From Bacillota bacterium (GTDB taxonomy: Bacteria; Bacillota; Sulfobacillia; JBFMBV01), in assembly GCA_040755005.1 (NCBI GenBank), contig JBFMBV010000002.1:13761-77760 (forward strand): a stretch of DNA of 64,000 nucleotides. Reading direction: 5' to 3'. Of this stretch, positions 28,776 through 37,166 are shown in pieces. The notes beneath the pieces were generated by a model, which was given only the letters and a program-made list of their open reading frames with translations, did no database searches and had not been told where the DNA came from. Both the position numbers and the translations under genes were made by a program. How positions within the stretch are numbered: position 1 is the stretch's first letter; every line of letters begins with the position of its first letter.

Positions 28776-31700
28776 ATGACACAGGACGGCAACAACCTCG
28801 CTCCCGGCGATGTGGTCTCGGGCTTGGAGCCCTCTGAGCTCGTCGAGATCCAGCGCATTGTTCCCTTCGGCGGCAAGACGCTGGTCGAAGGCGTCGGGCT
28901 CCAGTCCCGCCGCCTGTTGAAGCGTCCCCTCACCGCGGAGGAACTGGCCGCTCTCGTCAGAGTTCGCGGCCAGCAACGCACGTTTGACGGCGATGCCCGG
29001 CTTTTCCTCCTTGGCGCCGAGGCTGAACGCATCCGTATCGCCTACCAGTTCGACCCCCTCTTCGCCGTTAACTCCAGCATCGTCGACCCCCTCCCTCACC
29101 AGGTTGAAGCAGTCTATCGATACCTCCTCCCCTTGCCGAGGATCCGGTTCCTGCTCGCCGATGACACCGGTGCCGGCAAGACGATCATGACCGGGCTACT
29201 AATCAAAGAACTGCTCTTCCGGGGAGTGCTCCAGAAGGTACTGATCATCACACCGGGGGGCCTGACGAAGCAGTGGAAGGAAGAGGAGTTGCAGGAGCGG
29301 TTTGGGCTCTACGCGCGGCTAGTGAACCGCGCGTCCTTTGATGCCGAGCCGGGCCAATTCGCCCGTTATGAAGAGGGCATCTTCGTCACGTCCATCGATT
29401 TTCTCGGACGGAATGAGGGGTGCCTCAAGGCCGCCTCTGAAACCCAGTGGGACCTCGTGGTCGTCGACGAGGCCCATAAGCTGTCGGCCTATGAGTACGG
29501 GACCAAGTTGGAAGAGAGCGAACGGTACAAGGCGGTGAAGGCGCTCGCCGGCAAGAGCGATCATCTGCTCTTCCTCACCGCGACGCCGCACCGGGGAAGA
29601 AAGGACACGTTCCGCCGGCTGCTCCTCCTTCTCGACCCGGACCTGTTCCAAAAGGACGAACATGTCACCGATCGAGTCCGCGAGCAAGCAGTGCCCTACG
29701 GAACCTCCGAGGCAGAGGACTTTGAGGATGAACGCCCGATTAGTAGGGCGCGCAACCGCTTCTTCCTTCGTCGCCTGAAGGAGGAGATGGTAGACTGGGA
29801 CAACCACGCCCTCTTCAAGGATCGTCACACGAAGACCACCGGCTACGATCTCACCCCGGAGGAGAAGACCCTGTATGACCAGGTGACAAGCTACGTCCGC
29901 TCGCAGCGCAAGCAAGCCCAGGCGCAGAAGAACCGGAACGTCGAGCTGACCCTCATGGTCATGCAGCGCCGTCTGGCCAGCAGCCTCTACGCGATTACGC
30001 GGACGTTGGAGAACCGCCTACAGGTCCTCAACGAGGTCCTTGCCATCCTGAGGGACCCGAGCCGCTCCGAGGCGGACAAAAGGAAACTGCTCAGGGGAAC
30101 TCCAGACCCCAACGAACCGCGCAGCATCACGGAATACTACGAGCTCAGCGAGGAGGAACGCGAGCGGGTCGACCGGCGGATCTCCCGTCAAGTCCTGACG
30201 AGTAACCCGGATAAGGTTCAGGAAGAACGGGATGAGGTCGAACGGCTGTTCCATCTGGCTGACAGTCTTAAGCACCATGAGGAAGCGAAGTTCGCCCAAC
30301 TCCTTGCCGTGCTCGACTCCTCTGACGTGATCCGCGCGGAGGACGAGAAGCTCCTGATCTTCACCGAGCATCGCGACACGATGGACAGCCTCGCCAAGCG
30401 GCTCGAGGAGAAGGGGTACACGGTCGCCACGATTCATGGCGGCATGGACGTGGACTCCCGTAAAGAGGCCCAACGACAGTTCAGGGCACATGCCAAGATC
30501 ATGGTTGCTACCGATGCCGCGGGCGAAGGTATCAACCTTCAGTTCTGCCGACACCTGATCAACTGGGACATCCCGTGGAACCCGAACAGGCTCGAACAGC
30601 GCATGGGGCGCATCCACCGGTACGGTCAGACCGACGATGTCTGGGTCTACAATCTGGTTGCCCAGAACACCCGGGAGGGCTCGGTCCTCCAGAAGGTCCT
30701 CTCCAAGATGGACGTGATGCGTGAGCAGATGGGGACCGACCGGGTGTACGATGTGATTGACGAGTGGCTGGAGGATGTGCCACTGCTCCGGCTGATCGAG
30801 AGTGCGATTGACGACGCAGACGAATCTGCGAGTGCCAGAGAGACCGACGCCGCCCTCTCGGCGGCATCCAACGAGAGGGCCGCTAGGCTCATAGCCCTCC
30901 AGAAGAAGACCTCCCTCGCCTCACGCCTGAGTCTTAGATCCGCGCGTGAGCTGCGAGATGCGTCAGACGAGCGCCGGCTTCAGCCACTGTTCGTCGAGCG
31001 GTTCTTCGAGCGCGCGTGGACGGCTTGCGGGGGCACAATCCGCCAGGACGACCACTTTCCGGTATGGCACATCGGTTCCACGCCGACCGCCTTGCTGGAA
31101 CTCGCCCAGGAGCGGCGGCAGCCTCTGTCAGATGACTTCGACACGCCCTTCGTCTTCGACAAGCAGCTCGTCAGCGTTGCCAGCAAGGTGCGTACCCCCG
31201 AGCGTACGAAGCTGATAGGCCCCGGACACCCGCTCTTCGACACCTTGATCGAGTGGGCGATCCGGGAGGCGCGACAGGCCTTCGCCAAAGGGGCGACCCT
31301 CGTGGACCCTAACATTGCCACACCCCAGCGGCTTTGGCTAGTCCGCTCGACCATCGAGGACGGACGTCGGCAATACCGGCAGGATCGTCGCAAGCTCCCT
31401 GCCCATGAGCGCCTGGCCGTGATCGTACAAGACCACATGGGCCTTCGCACGACCTCGCCTTCATACATGCTCAACTGCGTAGCTCCAGATGCCCCCCTAC
31501 CGGTTCCCGACGTGGCAGCGAGGTCTGCGGAGGAGATCCAGGCCTGGGCCCATGAACAGATCACCGAGCGGCAGCTCGACCAGGTCAAGACCCTCCGTGA
31601 GGAGGAGTGCAGTCTCCGCCAGGAGTATCTCAACACTGCCTTCACTGGTCTCATCCTTCAGCTGCAGGGGGAGTTGAACGACCTGCAGCAGGCGGAGCTC

Positions 31701-32315
31701 TACGGAGACGACAATGCGGAGGAGCGTGAGCGGCTCCGGCAACGAGTCAAGGATCTGAAGGTCCGACGGGCCGAACGGCTGCAAGAGCTGGAGCTCATGC
31801 TGAAGCTGACCGCCAACCTCCCTGATCTCCTGACGGAGGCCGTGGTCGCCCCTGTCCCAGTGGCTATGGTGGAGAGCGACGCAGAGGCACCGTCCAGGGG
31901 CTTCCCGATGCGACGCGACGACGAGGTCGAGGCCATTGCCATGGACGTGGCCATGCGCTACGAGCGCGGACGCGGGTGGACACCTGTAGATGTCAGCCGG
32001 GACGGAGATCACTATGACGTCCGGTCGGAAGGGCCTAGTGGAGAGAAGCGGTTCATCGAGGTCAAGGGCCGCGCCCAGTCGGGCGCCATCGTCCTGACCG
32101 GTCCCGAGGTGGACAAGCTTCGCCAGCTCGGCGAGCGGGCCTGGTTGTACGTCGTTACCTTCTGCAAAGGCGAGCGTCCCAGGCTACGCATCATCCAGGA
32201 CCCCATCGCCAATCTCAGCCCAGAGATGCTCTATCGGCAGATCCAGTACATCGTCACAGAAGACGATTGGGCACAGAAGTGCGAGGAAGTATCGGAAGGA
32301 GGCCAACCCCTATGA
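28776..32315 (+). CDS. SNF2/DEAH-family helicase with C-terminal DUF3883-like domain (defence-associated)
   Basis: Walker A LADDTGAGKT, DEAH box (VVVDEAHKL), LLFLTATPHRG, helicase-C motifs (ATDAAGEGINLQ...WNPNRLEQRMGRIHRYGQ). C-terminal DUF3883-type segment (DVSRDGDHYDVRS...RFIEVKGRAQSG). Start chosen at ATG 28776; the track ORF begins at 28647. Confidence 0.8.
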   Translation: MTQDGNNLAPGDVVSGLEPSELVEIQRIVPFGGKTLVEGVGLQSRRLLKRPLTAEELAALVRVRGQQRTFDGDARLFLLGAEAERIRIAYQFDPLFAVNSSIVDPLPHQVEAVYRYLLPLPRIRFLLADDTGAGKTIMTGLLIKELLFRGVLQKVLIITPGGLTKQWKEEELQERFGLYARLVNRASFDAEPGQFARYEEGIFVTSIDFLGRNEGCLKAASETQWDLVVVDEAHKLSAYEYGTKLEESERYKAVKALAGKSDHLLFLTATPHRGRKDTFRRLLLLLDPDLFQKDEHVTDRVREQAVPYGTSEAEDFEDERPISRARNRFFLRRLKEEMVDWDNHALFKDRHTKTTGYDLTPEEKTLYDQVTSYVRSQRKQAQAQKNRNVELTLMVMQRRLASSLYAITRTLENRLQVLNEVLAILRDPSRSEADKRKLLRGTPDPNEPRSITEYYELSEEERERVDRRISRQVLTSNPDKVQEERDEVERLFHLADSLKHHEEAKFAQLLAVLDSSDVIRAEDEKLLIFTEHRDTMDSLAKRLEEKGYTVATIHGGMDVDSRKEAQRQFRAHAKIMVATDAAGEGINLQFCRHLINWDIPWNPNRLEQRMGRIHRYGQTDDVWVYNLVAQNTREGSVLQKVLSKMDVMREQMGTDRVYDVIDEWLEDVPLLRLIESAIDDADESASARETDAALSAASNERAARLIALQKKTSLASRLSLRSARELRDASDERRLQPLFVERFFERAWTACGGTIRQDDHFPVWHIGSTPTALLELAQERRQPLSDDFDTPFVFDKQLVSVASKVRTPERTKLIGPGHPLFDTLIEWAIREARQAFAKGATLVDPNIATPQRLWLVRSTIEDGRRQYRQDRRKLPAHERLAVIVQDHMGLRTTSPSYMLNCVAPDAPLPVPDVAARSAEEIQAWAHEQITERQLDQVKTLREEECSLRQEYLNTAFTGLILQLQGELNDLQQAELYGDDNAEERERLRQRVKDLKVRRAERLQELELMLKLTANLPDLLTEAVVAPVPVAMVESDAEAPSRGFPMRRDDEVEAIAMDVAMRYERGRGWTPVDVSRDGDHYDVRSEGPSGEKRFIEVKGRAQSGAIVLTGPEVDKLRQLGERAWLYVVTFCKGERPRLRIIQDPIANLSPEMLYRQIQYIVTEDDWAQKCEEVSEGGQPL

Positions 32316-34237
32316 AGATCAAGTCGGTACGCATTCGTAACTTCCGCTCCGTGAGAGGGCAGCTCGTTGAGCTTGGCGACTACACATGCTTTGTGGGAGC
32401 TAATGGTTCAGGGAAGTCTAACGTGCTTCATGCTCTTAACGTTTTCTTCGGAACAGACACCCCTGGCCTCGACACCCACGAACTAGAAGAGGAGGATTTT
32501 CACAACAAGAACACAGGAGAGCCTGTAGAGATAACAGTTACGTTTTGTGACCTCTCGCCGCAAGCCAAAGAGGAACTAAAGCACTATGTGCGCCACGACC
32601 AACTGGTAGTCTCAGCTGAAGCGGGTTTTGACGCTGATACCCGCAAGGCTGCGGTCAAGCAGTATGGACGCAGGATGGTGATCAGGGAGTTTGCGCGCTT
32701 CTTTGAGGCTGAGAAGAAGACAGGCACGAAGGTCTCGGAACTCAAGGAGATATATGCGGACATACAAAAGAGATACTCACAACTGCCTGTTACAGGAACA
32801 AGGGAAGCCATGATCACGGCGCTTCGGTCATATGAGGAGAGTCACCAGGAGGAGTGTGAGGAGCTTCCGAGCAGCGACCAGTTCTATGGAGTAGCCAAAG
32901 GAACAAACCACCTCGAGAAGTACATCCAATGGGTCTATCTCCCAGCAGTCAAAGACGCATCGAGCGAACAGGCTGAAGCCAAAACCACGGCCCTCGGAAA
33001 GCTCTTGGCACGCACCGTTCGATCCAAGGTCAACTTCAAGGAGTCGATTGACGCTATCCGTGGAGAAACACGAGAAAAGTACGAAAAGCTTCTGGTCGAT
33101 AGTCAGGAGGAGCTGGCAGAAGTATCTCAAGCTCTAAGAGATCGCTTTGTGCTGTGGGCACACCAGGACGCGACTCTCCGGCTGGAATGGCAACAGGATC
33201 CTGAGAAGGCAGTACGTGTGGACGAACCATTCGCTCAAGCCATTCTCGGTGAGGCAGGCTTTGAGGGGGAACTCACCCGTTTCGGACACGGACTTCAACG
33301 GTCCTTTCTCCTGGCGCTTCTGCAAGAACTCTCCGGTAGTAACATCGAGGCGGGTCCGCGGCTGATTCTCGCGTGTGAGGAACCTGAGCTTTACCAGCAC
33401 CCCCCTCAGGCAAGGCACCTATACAACGTGCTGCTGAGACTGAGCGAACAGAACTCTCAGATTCTTATTGCGACCCATAGCCCCTACTTCGTGTCCGGTG
33501 AAGGCTTTGAGAGTGTACGAATGGTTCGCAAGTCTAACGGGGCGTCTTCGATCACGAGGGCGACACATGACGAAGTATCGAAGAGAATCGCGAAGGTTCG
33601 AGGAGAGCAGCCTATAAGGGCCAGCGGCCAACTGGCCAAGATCCATCAGGCGCTCCAGCCGGGACTTAGCGAGATGTTCTTCGCCTCCCGAGTCATATTT
33701 GTTGAAGGTCTTGAAGACATTGCCTATATAACAACATACTTACATCTCCTAGGCTTGTGGGACGAGTACAGGAGGCTCGGTTGCCACTTGATCTCGACTG
33801 GTGGGAAGAACGAAGTGCTTCTGTCCTTGGCGGCTGTGAAGTGCCTCCAGATCCCGGCTTTCGTTGTCTTCGATTCAGACGATGACAAACCGGACAAGAA
33901 CGGCAGCAAGCAGAAACATCGAAAGGACAACTCTGCAATCCTAAGTCTATGTGACGTTGACAGTCTGCAAGTGTCTCCGTCCGATACATTCTGGGGAGAC
34001 TCCGCGGTCATGTGGTCCTCTGATATTGGGCAGGTGGTTGCGCAGGAGATTGGAGCCGAGGACTGGGACAGGTATCGCTCTGAGGCTGACGCGAAGTATG
34101 GGCACGTAGGGAACCTCCGCAAGAACATGCTACACATCGCATCGAGCCTGCAAATAGCTTGGGAAGCTGGGAAAGAGTCGGACTCGCTAAGGAAGGTCTG
34201 CAACAAGATCATGGAGTTTGCTCAGAAGAATGGATAG
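32312..34237 (+). CDS. OLD-family ATP-dependent nuclease (N-terminal ABC-type ATPase + C-terminal Toprim)
   Basis: Walker A GANGSGKSN. Toprim motifs (IFVEGLEDIAYI ... FVVFDSDDD). Noticeably AT-richer than its neighbours. ATG 32312 overlaps the helicase stop; RBS GGAAGGAGG. Confidence 0.8.
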   Translation: MKIKSVRIRNFRSVRGQLVELGDYTCFVGANGSGKSNVLHALNVFFGTDTPGLDTHELEEEDFHNKNTGEPVEITVTFCDLSPQAKEELKHYVRHDQLVVSAEAGFDADTRKAAVKQYGRRMVIREFARFFEAEKKTGTKVSELKEIYADIQKRYSQLPVTGTREAMITALRSYEESHQEECEELPSSDQFYGVAKGTNHLEKYIQWVYLPAVKDASSEQAEAKTTALGKLLARTVRSKVNFKESIDAIRGETREKYEKLLVDSQEELAEVSQALRDRFVLWAHQDATLRLEWQQDPEKAVRVDEPFAQAILGEAGFEGELTRFGHGLQRSFLLALLQELSGSNIEAGPRLILACEEPELYQHPPQARHLYNVLLRLSEQNSQILIATHSPYFVSGEGFESVRMVRKSNGASSITRATHDEVSKRIAKVRGEQPIRASGQLAKIHQALQPGLSEMFFASRVIFVEGLEDIAYITTYLHLLGLWDEYRRLGCHLISTGGKNEVLLSLAAVKCLQIPAFVVFDSDDDKPDKNGSKQKHRKDNSAILSLCDVDSLQVSPSDTFWGDSAVMWSSDIGQVVAQEIGAEDWDRYRSEADAKYGHVGNLRKNMLHIASSLQIAWEAGKESDSLRKVCNKIMEFAQKNG

Positions 34238-37166
34238 CAGCAGCACTATCGGTTGGTGTCCGCGTTTGATCGAGGTGGCACTCCCCATCCGTGAAATCTC
34301 GGCAGAGAGCGTGCGGGACAAATCGCTGCGGCACGGCCATATCTCCACGCTTCACCTCTGGTGGGCGCGTCGACCGCTGGCTGCGTCACGAGCGGTTGTG
34401 TTCGCGTCGCTCGTGCCCGATCCCGACGACCCGCGTTGTCCGGCCGACTTCAGGGCAGCGGTGGAGCGTCATCTCAAGACGCACGTGCCGGCGGAACTGA
34501 GATACTACCTTCGCGGCCGCCACAGTCACCGTGATGAGGACCCGTACCGGCCCTACGATGGCATGCCGGACACGCTGCGGAACCGCCTCCTCATGTTCAT
34601 CGCCAAGTGGTCGCCGGAGTCCCTGACGTTTGAGGCCGGCAAGCGGAAGAACGCGCCCGTGCCGAAAGAGCTCCTGGACGACCGCTCCCTCGTGAAATGG
34701 GAGACCTCCGATCCTGAGAACGCCCAAGGCCAGGAGATCCTCCGCATCGCCCGCCAGCTTGTGAAGGCCGCCCACAGGGGCGACGTCCCGAGGGTGCTCG
34801 ATCCCTTTGCCGGCGGCGGGGCGATTCCGCTGGAGGCCGGGAGGCTCGGCTGTCAGGCCATTGCCAACGACTACAACCCGGTCGCGTATCTCATCCTTAG
34901 GGCGACCTGCGAGTTTCCGCAGAGGTACGGTAAGCCAGGCAAGAGGACGGTGGTCGTGGAGGAGTTTGGCAAGAAGGCCGAACGCGAAATCCAGGTTCAA
35001 AACGTCCTCGTCCACGACTTCGCACAGTGGGCGAACTGGATTCTCGAGCGGGCTCGCCAGAGGATTGGGCATCTGTATCCTCCCGGCATGGACGGCAGGC
35101 CGGTTGTGGGCTACCTCTGGGCCCGCACTGCGCCGTGCTCGAACCCCACCTGCCGTGGCGAGATTCCCCTGTTACGGAGCCTTCTGGTCTGCAACAAGAA
35201 GGGGAAGCAAGTCGCGCTGACGATGGATGTGGACAGCAAGCGGAAGACGGTTCGATTCGGGATCGCGGAAGGCAACGCCATCAGGATGACTGACGGCACC
35301 ATGCAGAGTCGCGGAAACGTTTTGTGCCCGTACTGCGGACAGGTGACCCCTGTCGCCGACCTACGGACCGCTGGACGCGCGGGCCGCATGAGCGAGCAGA
35401 TGGTATGTGTCGTGGTGGAAGGAAAGGGTGGAAAGGACTACCGGGAGGTGGAGTACACAGACCTCACGGGGATTGCCTGCGCAGCGAAGATCGAGGTTGA
35501 GTGTCCCGGGGAGAGAATTCCTGAGAACCAGTGGAATGTGAAGACCTGGCTGTATGGAATGAAGACCTGGGGTTCCCTCTTCAACCCCCGCCAGCTCGTG
35601 GCCATGCAGACGTTTGTCTCCTGTCTCCACGAGGCGCTAGGAGGGATGAAGAGAGAGATCGCCGACGACGAGTACCGGAAGGCGGTTGGAGTCTGTCTGG
35701 GGCTTTGGCTGAACCGGATTGCCCAGCGAAGTTCGAATGTAGGAATTTGGGACACAACCCGAGAGACCTTTGCTCATCCCTTTGGCCGCCAGGCTATCCC
35801 TATGACGTGGGACTATCCCGAGGCGAACCCTTTTTCAGAGACAACAGGGGGTGCGGAAGGCGGACTGGACTGGATGAAGCGGGTGATCCTGCATGAGTCA
35901 GGGAATTCCCTACCTGCCTACGTGACACGCAGTGATGGCGCGGCCCTTCCCTTCAGGGAAGCATCTTGCGACTTGGTCGTCACCGATCCACCCTATTTTG
36001 ACGCCATCGCTTACGGTGACCTCTCCGATTACTTCTACGTTTGGCTCAAGCGCGGCCTTGGCGATGTCATCCCTGAGGCCCTGATCACGCCGCTCACGCC
36101 CAAGGCTGATGAGGCGACTGCACTCAAGCATCGTCATTCCGGCGACGGAGAGAAGGCGGATGCTCACTTCAAGTCAAAGTTGGCGGCGGTACTAGCGGAG
36201 GCACACCGGATCTTAAGGCCTGATGGCATCGTCTCGATCATGTTTGCACACCAGTCCACAGAGGCGTGGACGGCCCTGGTTTCGGCGATCTTCGAGGCTG
36301 GGTTGACGGTGCACGCGACGTGGCCGATTGACACGGAGCTCACTACGGCCTTGAAGGCCAGCATGTCGGCTCTGTCGTCGTCGGTAACCGTTACCTGCCG
36401 TCCGCGCGCTGTAGCAGGTGCTATATCCTCCAAGGCGGTCCGCAGTGAGATCGAGGAGGTAGTGGGCCGTTCCGTAAAGCGCTTCTGGTCCTACGGCTTT
36501 CGCGGCGCAGACCTCATCGTTGCGTGCTATGGACCCGCTGTGGGGGTCTTTGGGAAATACGAGCGAGTGGAGAAGGCAGATGGCACCCCTGTCGGCATCC
36601 CCGAACTCCTGGTGCTTGCCAAGCAGGCCGCCCGTGACGCGATCGCCGGGGATTTCCGCGGAGACAACTTCTCAACCCTCTACTACGTCTGGGCGAACCT
36701 CTACGGGGCGGCGGAGCAGGCTTGGGATGACGCCCGGCTGGTCGTGCAGATCGGAGGAGACGAGGACAACGCCATGGAGGTTGCCCGCGGGCATGGGATC
36801 TTTGTGGTGGACGGTCCGAAATGCCGCCTTGCGCTCCTAGAGGACCGCGCCAATCGCCGAGGACTTGGCATGGATCAGAACCCGCCACACATTGACGCGC
36901 TACATCGCAGCATGCTCCTCTGGAAGAAGGAAAAGCGTAAGGATCTAGTCGAGTATCTCCGTGAGCGCGACCTCTTGGAGGATGGCCCGTTCTGGAAGCT
37001 GGCGCAGGCCCTGTTCGAGGTCCTTCCCCGCGATCTGGAGGACTGGAAGCTGGTCAGCGCTTTGCTCGGCGAGCGCCAGACTTTGCGTACGGAGGGCAAG
37101 CGTAGCGCGTACAGGGATGAGCAACAGGAGCTGTCCTTCGACGAGGGAGGCGGTGAGCGAACATGA
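34230..37166 (+). CDS. DUF1156-type DNA methyltransferase (N6-adenine/N4-cytosine class, DPPY motif)
   Basis: DUF1156-like N-terminus (RLIEVALPIREISAESVRDKSLRHGHISTLHLWWARRP). SAM motif I VLDPFAGGGAIPLEA. Catalytic motif IV DLVVTDPPY. ATG 34230 overlaps the OLD stop (ATGGATAG). Confidence 0.75.
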   Translation: MDSSSTIGWCPRLIEVALPIREISAESVRDKSLRHGHISTLHLWWARRPLAASRAVVFASLVPDPDDPRCPADFRAAVERHLKTHVPAELRYYLRGRHSHRDEDPYRPYDGMPDTLRNRLLMFIAKWSPESLTFEAGKRKNAPVPKELLDDRSLVKWETSDPENAQGQEILRIARQLVKAAHRGDVPRVLDPFAGGGAIPLEAGRLGCQAIANDYNPVAYLILRATCEFPQRYGKPGKRTVVVEEFGKKAEREIQVQNVLVHDFAQWANWILERARQRIGHLYPPGMDGRPVVGYLWARTAPCSNPTCRGEIPLLRSLLVCNKKGKQVALTMDVDSKRKTVRFGIAEGNAIRMTDGTMQSRGNVLCPYCGQVTPVADLRTAGRAGRMSEQMVCVVVEGKGGKDYREVEYTDLTGIACAAKIEVECPGERIPENQWNVKTWLYGMKTWGSLFNPRQLVAMQTFVSCLHEALGGMKREIADDEYRKAVGVCLGLWLNRIAQRSSNVGIWDTTRETFAHPFGRQAIPMTWDYPEANPFSETTGGAEGGLDWMKRVILHESGNSLPAYVTRSDGAALPFREASCDLVVTDPPYFDAIAYGDLSDYFYVWLKRGLGDVIPEALITPLTPKADEATALKHRHSGDGEKADAHFKSKLAAVLAEAHRILRPDGIVSIMFAHQSTEAWTALVSAIFEAGLTVHATWPIDTELTTALKASMSALSSSVTVTCRPRAVAGAISSKAVRSEIEEVVGRSVKRFWSYGFRGADLIVACYGPAVGVFGKYERVEKADGTPVGIPELLVLAKQAARDAIAGDFRGDNFSTLYYVWANLYGAAEQAWDDARLVVQIGGDEDNAMEVARGHGIFVVDGPKCRLALLEDRANRRGLGMDQNPPHIDALHRSMLLWKKEKRKDLVEYLRERDLLEDGPFWKLAQALFEVLPRDLEDWKLVSALLGERQTLRTEGKRSAYRDEQQELSFDEGGGERT

